NCBI GenBank assembly: GCA_964016885.1
Contig: OZ024743.1
Span: 214,024,001 to 214,088,000, forward strand
Length of the DNA: 64,000 nucleotides
Origin: Eledone cirrhosa
Lineage: Eukaryota
Direction of reading: 5' to 3'
Shown here: piece by piece, positions 40,605-54,883 of the stretch
Layout: each line of letters opens with the position of its first letter
How positions within the stretch are numbered: the stretch's first letter is position 1
Notes under the pieces: model-generated
Database searches by the model: none
What the model was told of the DNA's origin: nothing
The model's input: the letters and a program-made list of their open reading frames with translations, nothing else
Translations under genes and position numbers: made by a program

Positions 40605-42881
40605 ATGGCCCCCCCTCAGGAGAAACCAAAAATAATCAACCTCTCAAAGACACCTCTAACCAACACACAAATCAACATTTTAAGTAAGGGCCTGAAATTT
40701 ACACCTACACCACGTAAACCAAACTTCCTCGAAATGAAGGATGACATCATGGAATACTGCCGAAAGCTGCGACTAACGGAATTCTTCCACAACGACACCA
40801 ACACTGAAGACGAATCAGTGGTTAGAAATAAAAACAATTTCTGCCCACAAAAGGGAAGAAATAAAGCACTGGACACGTACTGCGAACACATCACCAACTT
40901 TCTCTATGAACAAATTACAAATAAACACACGAAATCAAACCTATCTACACACGAATGGGAAGAATTATTCACACTTAGAAACAACCCTGAGATAACTATC
41001 GAAGAAGCCGATAAAGGCAGTACTGTTGTCATTATGAATACGGACTACTGTAGGACCCTCGCACTTAACATTTTAGAAAACAACACATACTATGATAAAA
41101 CAGAAAACTACAAACACACCAAAACAATGGGGAACCTTTTGACCTTACTGAATAAATACCGCAACAGCTTAACCACAAAAGAGTTTAACTATATAAGCCA
41201 CTTCAAATGCAATACAAGATCTTTTTACGGCTTACCGAAACTCCACAAATGTAAACCTATAAACGATGCATGTGACACCTCAACCAACAATTACATTGAA
41301 CTAACACCACCAGAAGACCTAAAACTCAGGCCAATTACAGCAGGCCCTACATGTGAAACCCACAGACTTAGCAACTTTCTGGACATCCTACTGAAACCCT
41401 TTCTACAACATATACAGAGCTACATACGAGATGACCTTGACATGCTGAAACACCTCCCTAAAACAGTAAGTGCAAATACAATTCTTGTCTCCTTTGACGT
41501 AGTAAACCTCTACACAAACATACCCCACAACTATGGAATAACAGCAGTCCAATACTGGCTTAACACACACCCATCAGAAATACCGACACGCATCAACACA
41601 GATTTTATCACTGACGGACTCCGCTTTATCCTACAAAATAACTACTTCACATTCAATGGTTCAACATACAGACAAGTATCAGGTACGGCAATGGGCACGA
41701 AAGTAGCACCCACATATGCCAACCTTGTCATGGGATTCCATGAACAACAAATATACAGTCAGTCCCTTCTGTTATTTGGAGACTCTTTCCACACACACCT
41801 CAAAGCCAATTGGAAAAGATATCTAGACGACTGCTTTATCCTATGGCAAGAAGACATGAACTAACTTACTACGTTTAAAAACATGATAAACAACATAGAT
41901 AATAACATACAATTCACAATGGAATCCAATCCTAAGGAATTAGCCTTCTTGGATATTCTCATCTCTGTAATAGACGGGAAATTAGATACAGATATATTCT
42001 ATAAACCCACAGATTCCAAGCAATACCTCTTTTTCACATCAAGTCACCCAAAAGATACAAAACTTAACATTCCTTACAATTTGGCCAAACGTATATGTAC
42101 CATAGTATCAGATCGACCTAAACGGGAGCAAAGACTAAAGGAACTAAAAGACACCCTTATCTTAAGAGCCTTTCCACTTGAAATAATCAACAATGGAATA
42201 GACAGGGCAAAACACCTAAATCCCCATCAACTTAACAATCCAAAACAGAAAACCACACTCAACACCCTGCCATATGTATCCACTTTCAACCCCAGAAATA
42301 CCGAAATGTTTGATCACCTACACCAAAACCTCCCCATCCTACTTAAAGATGTAAAAATGAAGTCTATTCTTGAAACACACAAGATCCTTAAAAGTAAAAG
42401 ACAACCCAAATCACTTAAACGCATTCTCACTGGACCAAATATACCCAAACCAATCCTCAACCCTACAGTTACCAAATGTGGTAGAACAAACTGTGGAACG
42501 TGCCTCTACCTCACTGAAGGACAAACATTTACATTCAAAGATGGCCAAACATTTACAGTAAAAAACAATTTCACCTGCAACTCGGAGAACTTGATTTACG
42601 CAATAACTTGCGGTGGGTGCAAACACAACTACATAGGACAGACGGGTCCTTCATTACGCAAAAGAATGACCATCCACCGCCAACAAATCCGGGACGCTAA
42701 CACAAGAAAAATCCCCTTGAGCAGCCATATTGCGAACTGCGCAGGAATGACACTACCCAACTTTAAAATCTTCCCCTTCTACAAGTGCTCAGATTCGTTC
42801 ACACAGCAACAAAGAATAAACAAAGAAAATCTATTCCTTAACAAATTTAAACCAAAACTAAACGGGTTATCACCCCAATAG
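40605..42881 (+). pseudogene. PLE reverse transcriptase + Cys-rich linker + GIY-YIG endonuclease (one in-frame stop at 41862-41864)
   Basis: ADKG, FYGLPKLHK, LRPI, SFDVVNLYTNIP, GTAMGT, RYLDD, FLDI, linker CGRTNCGTC, LIYAITC..C..YIGQT. Both ORF pieces are in the same frame. Confidence 0.93.
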
Positions 42882-43149
42882 AATTGTCATAAAATATAAA
42901 CACACATACGCACGGTATCACTACTATTAAAGACCAGAGACCAATTCTGTAGAATCAGGTTTATTCGTTGACAGACCATGCCTTTGTGTGACCAACACAT
43001 CCATGTCAAACCCTGCACGTGCACACACATATATCTATATATATATGCGCACACAGAATTCACCACTGTCGGTTGCGGGGCCCAATCTACATGAAGAACT
43101 CAATGTGATCAGAATGACTTGTATTTTAATTTCACTGTCCCAACTTCTT

Positions 43150-43604
43150 ATAGTATGGAAAAAATATATGTGTATGTATGTATATATATATATATATTTG
43201 GAGGCCATTTCTCTGTGTGTGGGTGTATGTATGTGTATATGTGTGTGTGTGTATGTGTGTGCATGTGGATGTATGTATTATGTGTGCGTGTGTGTGTGTG
43301 TGTATGTATGTGTGTATCTGGATGTATGCGTATGTGTATATATATATATGTGTGTGTGTGTGTGTTTATATATATATATGTGTGTGTATGTATATATATA
43401 TGTGTGTGTATGCTTGTATGTGTGTATGTATATATATGTGTGTGTCTGTGTGTATGTATGTGTGGGTGTGTGTGTTTATATATATATATGTGTGTGTATG
43501 TGTATATATATGTGTGTGTATGCTTGTATGTGTGTATGTATATATATGTGTGTGTGTGTGTGTATGTATGTGTGGGTGTGTGTGTATATATATATATATA
43601 TGTG

Positions 43605-43647
<43 letters not shown>

Positions 43648-43786
43648 GTGTATCTGGATGTATGTGTATGTATATATATGTGTATGTGTGTATATATATA
43701 TATATGTGTGTGTATGTGTATATATGTGTGTGTGTGTGTGTGTGTATGTGTGTATGTATATGTATGTGTGTGTGTATGTATGTGTG

Positions 43787-43825
<39 letters not shown>

Positions 43826-43890
43826 GGATATGTGTATGTATATGTATATGTATGTATGTGTGGATGAAGGTATGTGTGTATATATATAGG
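43150..43890. repeat. Compound (TG)/(TA) low-complexity tract inside the PLE 3' UTR
   Basis: Interspersed gt/at dinucleotides with higher-order recurrences (tatgcttgtatg, tatctggatgtatg). Confidence 0.9.
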
Positions 43891-44198
43891 TGTAAGTGCA
43901 CTAAATCCCTTTCTATCACGCTCCACTCTCCTACCGACCACAGGAAGATATATGTATGTATATTGCTTCCACCCCCTCACTGACCAGCAGCTGGCCAGCT
44001 GGCCATTGCTAAATCTAACCTTTATAAAATAACCCACACCCCAAATAACTTCTCATTCACTACCAGAAAGGGACACAGCAGTCAACTTGTTGCTACCTAG
44101 ATGAAAACTACTATGAAATCCCACAATGAATTTTATACTTGAATTTTCAAATCTCAAATTTTAACTCTTCGTATTATTAATTTTTCTTAATATTAATC

Positions 44199-44246
44199 AA
44201 CATTTGAAAAGATGGCTTTTGCAGACCCATCGAAACCGGTCATTTT
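44199..44246 (+). ncRNA. Minimal hammerhead motif, U3-A8 variant (Neptune pLTR)
   Basis: TTGAAAA-GATGG-cttttgcagac-CCATC-GAAA-CCGG-TC; stem I aacat/atttt imperfect. Confidence 0.7.
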
Positions 44247-44417
44247 TTATACCCTTTATTATTTCCTTACCTTATAAAATTATATGTTTTTTCACAAAAA
44301 AGTATTCTGTCTCTTATATATTCCATGTGCCATTACCAACCTCAATTTTCTCTCTCTCTATATATATATAGTATAAAAAAACGAAAAATCAGTGATGCAT
44401 CATAACCCAGTTTATTG

Positions 44418-44508
44418 CGTGTTACAATTGTTTCGCCGACAGGTAGCTCGAGACATGATCACTGCATGGATCTGGCTCATACTAAGCCTGCAGGTTTCCT
44501 CAGACACG
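44418..44508 (-). ncRNA. Hammerhead ribozyme in a separate short insertion
   Basis: Reverse complement reads CGTGT-CTGAGGA-..cagg..cctg..-GAAA-CAATTG-TA-ACACG; 5 bp stem I and palindromic ACAATTGT stem III. Confidence 0.7.
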
Positions 44509-44607
44509 GGTACTTCGTTCGGAGCAAATTCTCTCACTGGGGTGTTATCGTCAAAAGAACACCTTAAAAAATAAAAAAATATATATATATTTCGTTTCTC
44601 CCAAAGC

Positions 44608-44654
<47 letters not shown>

Positions 44655-44657
<3 letters not shown>

Positions 44658-47600
44658 CTGCTGCTGAATGTCAGAGGCCCTGGTAAAACTCAGTAACATG
44701 AGTAAAATTTCCTACCTGGGAGACTTAGCCATAAGCAATCAAGCACTATGTATGGCACTAACGGAAACGCACCTGACAAGCAGTATAGCAGATTCAGAAA
44801 TACATATACCGAAATATACTGTATTTCGTTAGGACGGGAAGGAGAGAACTCATGGTGGGGTTGCTCTCTAAAACCGTGAAGATGTCACACCAATTGTACA
44901 GTTGACACATTCAAAGTCAGTCTGTGACACACTGATAGTACATATGAAGCAACTACAGACAGTAATATGTGTCACATATCGGCGCCCGATACCCCCATTC
45001 ATGAGGGTACATTTGAGGATAGCCTAAGTAGGATAGAAGAGGCCCTTGACAAACTGGACCAGGGTCTCAACATTCTACTGCTGGGAGACTTCAACCTACC
45101 AAAGGTCAAATGTCCTGAGGGCCACCTCCTCCCTGGAATGACATCAATAGAACAGAGACAGACGGAATCCCTGCTGGCCCTCACACACAGGCTGTTCATG
45201 GAGCAAGCAATACTCCTCCCAACAAGAGGCGAAAATGTCCTGGACCTCTGTTTTACAAACAATGAAGTGCTCATCCACAATGTAAAGGTGACACCAACAA
45301 TTCTCTCGGATCATAACAATTTAGAGCTAATGATATGTGGTCCGAGAGAACCAAAAGAGTCAAAACCACCAAGAAGCTCCGGGACGTTATTCAGCCTTAA
45401 CGTCTACAAGGCTAACTGGAAAAAAGATTAAGAGAGAAATCCGGAAGCAAATATGGAGTGAAAACACCGCCACACAAGACACTAACACACAATTTCAAAA
45501 CTTCATGACAACGATACACACTATATGCAAAAATTTGTCCCGGAGAAAAAGGCAAACAGACACAAACATCTTATTCCCACAGATAGGAAAATCCTTATGA
45601 GACATAGAACCAAGCTCTCAAACGAGTTGAATAGTCAACAAGAAAACAAAAACGAGGAGGAATCGTATTTGAAATGTGCACTACTTGGCACCGAGATTGC
45701 ACTCAAACTTTCCCAGGAAAATGAGAGGGCAAAGAAAGAGAACAGGGCCATAGAAAAGATTAAAACAAACCCTAAGGCCTTCTTTAAATTTGCAAAAGAA
45801 ACTGCCTCGGTACACTGCAAGATTGAGTCACTCTTCCATACGGACAGTTCATTAACCGAAAACCGCCAAGAGATATGTGAAATACTGAACGAACACTACA
45901 AAAGTGTGTTCACATGTCCACTAAGGCACATGCAAATAACGAAGCCAGAGGAGTTATTTGATGCCACAACACTACATGAAGAAATGGCGACCATCAACCA
46001 CATAGACATAACGGAGGAGGATGAAATTAGAACAGACTCAGCTGCTGGACGTGATGGATTCCCAGCAGTTCTCTTAAAAACATGTAAGCGGGCCTTAGCA
46101 ACTCCACTGAAGATGCTCTTCAGAAGCTTCTTGGCTAGCGGTGTACTACCCAGGGAGCTGAAAGAAGGCACAATATGCGCTAACCATAAAGGAGGTAGCA
46201 GAGCGGAGGGCAAAAACTATAGGCCAGTCTCCCTGACGTCGTATATCAGTAAGGTCATGGAGCGAGTCGTCAGAAAGAAACTGGTCACTTCCTCGAGCAA
46301 CATAACCGCCTGACTAGCACCCAACATGGCTTCCGCCCAGGAAGAAGCTGCCTTACACAGCTGCTACATCACTACGACTGGGTACTGAAACAACTACTAG
46401 ACAGCTCACATGTGGACGTGATATATCTTGACTTTGCGAAGGCCTTTGACAAGGTCGACCACGGAATGATATGTCACAAACTACACGAACTCGGCATAAC
46501 TGGAAAAGTAGGTGAGTGGCTGCATGACTTCCTAAAGGACATAAGCCAGACAGTCGCAGCAAATGGGACCCTCTCAAAGGAAACAACAATAACAAGTGGG
46601 GTGCTCAGGGGACAGTACTGGGACCACTAATGTTTTTGGTGGCTCTCTCACACATTCCCTCTGTAGTACATACAACAACATCCCTCACTAGCTATGCTGA
46701 TGACACTAAGGTAGCACAGGCAATCAAAAACCCGGCTGACACTGCCCTTTTACAACAAGATCTGGATGCCGTATACAAATGGGCGGAAGAAAACAACATG
46801 CAGTTTAATGCTGGAAATTCCAAACCCTACAATACAAACCTCCAAACAAACCTGCAAACATAAATATAGTACAACACAGCTACACAGGACCAGGAGGGAT
46901 CGGTATCTCCGTGTCAAAATCGATACGAGACCTGGGCATAGACATGAGCGATGATGCATATTTTTCCTCACACATCATGAAGGTCGCGACAATGTGCAGA
47001 CGACTCGGTGACTCGATCTTGAGGACTTTCCGGACAAGAGACCGAGACACCATGTTGATACTATGGAGGACATTTGTCGTAAGCATCCTGGTCTACTGCT
47101 CCCAGTTGTGGTCACCCCAGAGTGTCAAATTAACAACGGAGCTTGAGGCAATCCAGCGAAGCTACACTAAGAGGATTGCCACGATGACGGAGACACGCTA
47201 CTGGCAGAGGCTAAAGGAACTGAACCTCTACTGTGAGCTGTCTAGTAGTTGAACGAAGACGCGAGAGATATGCAGTGATCTACATGTGGAAAATCCTGGA
47301 GGGAGCAGCACCAAACTTTGGCATTAGGAGCTGGACCAACCATCGAACAGGACGTCAGTGTGTGGTGCCAAAGGTCCCGTCTTCCACATCTAGAATAAGG
47401 TGCAGGTATTGCAATAGCCTGGGATTCAAGGGCCCTCAACTCTTCAACAAGCTGCCGAGCGATCTGAGAGATTTGCATGACGTGGAGGTGGATGTCTTCA
47501 AGAAACATCTCGACACCTTGCTATCCAGGATCTCGGATGAGCCCACAGCAAGGCACGAGGGAAACCTAAGGGCAGCAGCAACAAACTCCCTCTTACACCA

Positions 47601-47702
47601 GTGGCCAACCTATACAGGCTGGAGATAAAATGTGTAGCAACAAGGGCTGCCTCAGCATGGCCTCAGTCGGATGGCTGAAACAGGTAAAAGAGTAAAAGAG
47701 TA
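44655..47702 (+). mobile_element. CR1-clade LINE ORF2 (APE + RT), frameshifted, inserted in (TA)n
   Basis: LTETHL, LLGDFNLP, LDLCF, SDHN, NYRPVSLTS, YLDFAKAFDKVDH, SYADDTK, RDLG, ERRRERY; 3' (gtaaaaga) repeats. Confidence 0.9.
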
Positions 47703-47960
47703 TATATATATATATATATAAATAAACATAAATAAAAGGACCTGAAAAGTTTAACAAGTTTGTGAGTGGATGTACGTGTAAGTGAATGTATACATACGAA
47801 TAATATAGGGCAGATATAGAATCTCGCTATTCAACATATAGTTGAAAACCAATAAAGTTTACGAGGATCTGGATTTTATATCTTAGCTAAAACTGGTATC
47901 AATTTGTAAGAAGAATATTTGTATATCTGTAAAGACTCACAAACACATACGCATATATTG

Positions 47961-48050
<90 letters not shown>

Positions 48051-48656
48051 TTCACTCTCTCGCTCTCTATCTATCTATCTATTACTTTAACTATTAATTT
48101 TCCGTTTGCTCGCCCTGAAAATACCTCACAAAAAATAACGCATTCCACCATTGATTACACAATAACACAACTGTTTCTAAACAAATACTTTATAATGTTT
48201 TCTCACGTTTTAGATTACTAAAGCACAGTTATAACTTTTTGCAAAAGAAACAGGTCTTCCAGTGAGGTATATCTTATTAGTTGAGGACTTCTTTTAATTC
48301 ATTACCTCAAATTCTTTCTGTATATATTGTTGCTGTCACTATCTCTATGTCGCGATCTATATGTAAGCTGATAATAAATGAAAATATACTCTGATGATGG
48401 CGAGTTTGAGCCTATTCCCGATGGCCGCAGTATAAATACATAAGGAAATTTGGGAACTAACTGTTATGAAAAACCTTCTTAAAAAACTATAAAATTTCCG
48501 TTTTTGTAACTTCATATCCTCGGGATGAAGCTCTATTGGCTGAACATGTGTTAGTTTAATAGCATATTGAATCTTTTGTGTTTCTTAATCTTTATATATC
48601 AGCTCTCTGTGAACCCCATTGCATCGAGCTTTAAACCCACTGGTAAACTTATACAT

Positions 48657-49094
<438 letters not shown>

Positions 49095-49420
49095 GCATCC
49101 AAGCACCCTTACTACAATATATATACATATATATACATATATACATAAATATATACTTTATTTGATTGACCCCGTAAGGATGAGAGGCACAGTTAACAAC
49201 GACTGGATTTGAACACAGACCATAGTTACGTCCCTTTACGTTCTGAGTTCAAATATATATATTTATATATGTAAAAGTTCTATTAAAATTGTTGGGATAC
49301 AACAAGCAAATATTTTTATAACTGATTTAAAGCACTCAACAAATATTTGGAGCTTCCAACAGTAATGGTTGCATTATTTAAGGGTATGTCAATATTTATT
49401 TATAAAACTGATCTATATTA

Positions 49421-49485
49421 TATTTTATCTGATGAAAGCACACCATAATTTAACTTGGTGTCCTTGAAATATGTATAATGAAATA
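49421..49485 (+). ncRNA. Minimal hammerhead ribozyme (family C)
   Basis: TATTTTAT-CTGATGA-AAGcACACCA..TGGTGTcCTT-GAAA-TATGTA-TA-ATGAAATA; 8 bp stem I. The downstream sequence matches the PLE end at about 61640-61705 and 19860-19915. Confidence 0.75.
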
Positions 49486-49565
49486 AATATGGTTTTATAA
49501 ATATAGTTTCCATTTGTTAATATTGTATATTTATATATATATTTGTAGCTAGGTTGCTTGGATGC

Positions 49566-49624
<59 letters not shown>

Positions 49625-49627
49625 GAG

Positions 49628-49727
<100 letters not shown>

Positions 49728-50308
49728 GGATTAGTTATTTGTAGAGATAAGCAAGGAAATAATTAAATGAATATTAGTAAATATTAGCTTTGAATAATTG
49801 ATAGGATAACCGAACACGGTATCCAACGATGGAAAATATTTAAACAAATCTATACGTAATTGTAAGGTAAGTAAGACTATGAAGATTCCAAAAGTTAATA
49901 TTTACAATATAACTTTGAAAAAAACTTTGAAACTAAGGAATGTCCCGGTGGTTGTGTGGTGTAACTGCTATGTATGTACAACTGCTGAATTTACAGAGCA
50001 AACACTATTCAAGGTTCAATTTACTCGGGCAAAGAAGATTTTTTGGCTGGAGTTTCTCATTTTGCCAACTAGAGGAAGGAAGAATGTAGAAGAAGACCCC
50101 TTCTAGCTGTGGCGATACCTTCCTTTGGCTTAGCCGTGCCAAAAGCACCACCTTCGTCGGAAGCTCTAGCTGTGACTATACCATACATTGGTTTAACCGT
50201 AATAAAGGCACCGCTCGCCTCGCATTGATAATGTTGATGACTGCTATAGCTTCCATTTGCTATAGCAGTTATGCAAATCATCAATTACATACACCCACAT
50301 ATCCCCTC

Positions 50309-50381
<73 letters not shown>

Positions 50382-50665
50382 TATATATAACAATAATATT
50401 TATATTCAAAAAAGAAAATGGTTATAAATGGAGGAAAACCCCCTCTGTCTACACTATATAGAACAGCCAAATAACAGCAATTTCACCAACACCAGAAACT
50501 TGATACACCACCTACCCCATCACCCCGCTGTGTACACTAAATATAACAGCCAGATAACGGCAATTTCACCACCAACACCACCAATCCCAGCATCATAATA
50601 ATAATTACTATTATTATTGTCTCAAGTTTTAACAAAATGTTTAAATCCAATATTACGGAAATATG

Positions 50666-50802
50666 TCAACACATATTAAACATACGCGACACAAACGCAT
50701 AGATACTACAGATCAAACAAAACTAGTCTATTCAACACATATATTAAACATACGCGACACAAACGCATAGATACTACATATCAAAAAAACTAGTCCATTC
50801 AA
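50666..50802. repeat. About 65 bp tandem duplication
   Basis: atattaaacatacgcgacacaaacgcatagatactaca..aaaactagtc occurs twice. Confidence 0.85.
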
Positions 50803-51261
50803 CAAAACTCAGTAACGACAACGCCACCACTCCATCCATCATTGCGACCACTATCCCATCACCGCCGCCACAACTCCTTCATTGCTACCACCACTATTAC
50901 CCTGTTAACTTAAGAAAGGGGAAGGTGGCGGTATCACTAGACAAGGGAGAGGCTAGCAAAAGATATAAATAGATTGACTTAGTGACCTGGCCACCGGCCA
51001 AACGTCAACAACTATGGCACTGCTGGCTCCCCCCTTCCTCACCAACAATATAAAAAGCCCCAGCACCACCACCGACATAGCCAACAACAATAACAGGCAA
51101 CTTCAGCAAAAAGTATATTATATTATTGTAATGCACTGGGTAATTGCTGGCATTGTGCCTGGAGTGGAGACAATTATTAATAATTTCATTCTTAAGCCAC
51201 GCAATGTTCACATTAAGGAACCACTCATGATAATAACAATTTAAAAAAACAACAAAAAAGA

Positions 51262-54200
51262 AAACCCCGTGACCAAGAAATACCGGGATGGCGGCCGGCG
51301 GGGAATAGCCGTGTCTCTAGGGGAGAACGACCCCTCTAGTCTTGGTTGACTCTCGTTCTAGAAGTGGTAACACGAAATGATTACCTCTTGGCGGATAAGG
51401 ATAAAACGCGACAAAATAAAGTAAATGTCTAATGATAAAATCTCAAACCGGATCGGCCGTCACCCGGGTAAAAAAGGGCCGCGTCCCTCAGAGAGGAACC
51501 AGACTGGGGTCGAAAAATCAGCTAATGATTCAAACCTTCCCATCACTTCGGAACTGGAGACCTCCCATAACCGGAATACTCCTACTGTTGGCCCTCCATG
51601 CTCACCACCAAGAAATCCAAAGAAAAAGAGAGAAAAATGGTCAAGGGAAGATAATAAAGAAGTCCTTGAGGCTTTCTACACTGCCATGTACTACCCATCA
51701 AATACATCGAATACAGAACAGACATATATCAACTGGAAAAAGAAACATCCCGAAAACAGAGGCTATATTGACAGTAACAAACTAGCCAATATACGAAGAA
51801 ATATTGTAAGAAAAAAGTTACTAACTGATATAGAAATTGATCAGATCAAGCTATTAGCACAAAATCAGCGAAGGGAAAATGAAACATGTGTCAGTGAAAA
51901 CGAGGTAAACTGTAACACTTCGAGTTCCAGGGTTGGGGCGGAATCACTGGCAACAGAACAAATTAAAGAAAGGATCGAAAAAGTGGAGGGAGTGCATGCT
52001 CAAGATGAAACTCTAAATGAAACTAATGAGATCGTAAATGATAAAGAAATTAATGAGAATGAACTTGCCAACTTGAAGGATGAAATTATGATCGAATGGA
52101 TGAAAATGAAAGAATCTAACATGGTGCAGTGAGACACCCTCCCTAAGATCCAGAACTCCAAACAGAACCAAAAGATAATACACAAGACTAACATAATTCT
52201 CAAAAACATTATCATCACAAACAAACTAAACATTACTGATTTAAATCATCTCTATTATGCATCGGTTAAAGTCACCACTCACTTATGTGGAGTGAAGATG
52301 AAAAAACAAAGGAATTCCCACAAGAAATCTACTTGGCAAGAGAACATCAATCGCCAAATAAACCTTCTCCGATCTGACAGAAATTTTAACAAACTATAAA
52401 GTAGGTGAACATGTTAAACAAACTAAACTTAGAAAATTGAAAAGAAAGTACAGTATAAAATCAACAAGTGACATAGACATGCTGATAGAAACAATCAAGC
52501 AAAAAGTGTCGGCCAAAGCTGCTCGTATAAGGCGCTTTGGAAAACGATCTAGATTCTATAAGGACAATAATATGTTCAAAAACAACCAAATAAACTTCTA
52601 CAGAAAAATTGGTAAGTCAACAATAACTGCTAAATCAATACCACCCAAGAAGGAAGTGCAAGCATTGTGGGAAAAGATCTGGGCCGAAGAAAAAGTTCAT
52701 AATATACATGCCCCATGGAATGACAGACAAATGAAAGATACAGCTCACCTTGAGGAACAAATATGGGAAAATATAACAGTTGAACAGTTGTGCTTGGCTC
52801 TAAGAAAAAACAGCAAATGGAAATCCCCAGGAAAAGACAAATACAAAATGTTTGGATAATGCCTTCACAGAGTCTCATGAGCTGTTAGCCCAACTTTACA
52901 ATGAAATAGTTAAGGAGCCAGAAAAGATACCATCATGGCTAGTTAACGGAATTACACTCCTGCTTCCGAAGAATGATGAGACAAACAATCCCAAAAATTA
53001 CAGACCGATAACTTGCTTGACCACAATGTATAAAATTTTAACATCAGTCCTAACTGAATACACATATGACCACCTGATAACAAATGACCTATTTCCCATT
53101 GACCAGAAAGGGTGTAAACCAGCCTCATATGGCTGTAAGGATCAGCTTTTGGTTAACAAAATGCTACTGGAAGATTGTCATAATAGACACACAAATCTAT
53201 CAATTGCTTGGATAGATTATAAAAAAGCATTCGATAGTTTGCCACACAGTTGGATTGAAAAATGCTTAGAGATTTTCAAAATATCCCCCGTTGCCAGGAG
53301 GTTTTTGTCATTCAGTATGAAGACATGGAAAACGACACTCCTTTTGAATAGTGAAACAAAATCACTGGAAGCTGGAGAAGTTAATATTAATTGTGGAATT
53401 TTTCAGGGTGACTCTTTATCACCGCTTTTATTCTGCATCGCACTTATACCATTAAGTAAAATGCTCAATTAAACAAAACATGGATATAAAGTCTATGACA
53501 AAACCATTAATCACTTGTTCTACATGGATGACCTGAAACTATTTGCAAAAAATGATGAACAATTGCAAGGGCTATTATCCACTGTGGAGCAGTTCAGTGA
53601 TGACATTAAAATGGAGTTTGGACTAGATAAATGCGCCAAAGCAACGTTCACAAAGCTGCTGAAAAGTTCAGATATTAATCTTGATCGGGGGAACGTGATA
53701 AGAGAACTTGATCAAGAAAAAACTTACAAATATCTAGGTGTTTGTGAAGGAGACGGAATCAAGCACTCGGCAATGAGGGAAAGGATAAGGAAGGAATGTT
53801 ACCGCAGAGTAAGAGCAATCTTAAGAACGGAATTGAATGCAAGGAAAGGATCGATGCCATAAACACGCTTGCAATACCAGTAGTAACCTACAGTTACAAT
53901 GTCATCAACTGGTCAAGCACAGAGATCCGTAGGCTCGATACAAAAATTCGAAAATTCTTAGCCATGCACAGAATGCATCACCCTAAGGCAGATACAGATA
54001 GAATATATCTCCCTAGGAAAGAAGGAGGACGTGGGTTAATCCAGTTAGACATTGCGTTGAAAACTGCAACAATTGGATTATCTACATATCTAAGGGAATC
54101 ACATGATTGGATGATCAAACTTGTTTTGAAACACGAAAGCATCAAAAGATCATACTCCATTACAAAAGATGCACAAATATACAGTAATGGACTACACATT

Positions 54201-54883
54201 TCAGAAGTCCCATTTACTGCTGAAATGGAAAACACAGAAAAAGCAAAGCAGGTAAAAGTAACTGCAAAGAAAGAACTGCTACAGAAACTGGCTAAGAAAT
54301 GGAAAGAAAAGCCTCTGTATGGAAATTACCCAGAACGAGCTAACAATCCTGATGCTGACAAAACATTAACCCATCAGTGGTTGGCCTCTTCTGGACTGAA
54401 ATCGGAGACTGAAGGTCTGATTATATCAGCACAAGATCAGTGTCTGCCATCAAAAAATTACCAAGCCAACATAATAAAAAATGGATGCAGCCCATTATGC
54501 CGTGTATGTAAAAAACAACCAGAGACCATTGACCATATAATTTAAATGTGCAGTCCTATAGCTCCAACCGAATACCTAAACAGGCATGACAGAGCTGCAC
54601 AATACATACATTGGATAATGTGTAAGCATTTTGACCTGACCCATCAAAAGAATTGTTGGGAGAATCAACCACCTCCCATACTTAAACAAGATCACATCTC
54701 AATCTTGTGGAACTTTAGCATCCAAACAGACCGAAAAATAGATGCAAATAGACCTGATATAATACTGAAGGACTTTAAAAAGAGGGTATGCCTGCTAATT
54801 GATATGTCCGTTCCAATAGACAAGAATGTATGTATAAAAACATTTGAAAAATTGAGCAAGTATAAGGACCTGGAGATAGAAAT
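51262..54883 (+). mobile_element. R4/Dong-clade non-LTR retrotransposon (RT + CCHC + restriction-like endonuclease), disrupted and 3'-truncated
   Basis: WKSPG, NYRPITCL, IDYKKAFDS, GIFQGDSLSP, YMDDLK, GGRGL, CRVC..ETIDHI, RHD, RPDI, IDMSVP, KxxKY. Confidence 0.9.

Larger units (their letters stand above)
39691..44353 (+). mobile_element. Neptune-type Penelope-like retroelement with about 345 bp inverted pLTRs
   Basis: 39727-40071 is the reverse complement of 44007-44353; RT + GIY-YIG inside; left-only tail 39691-39726; (TA)n flanks. Confidence 0.92.
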
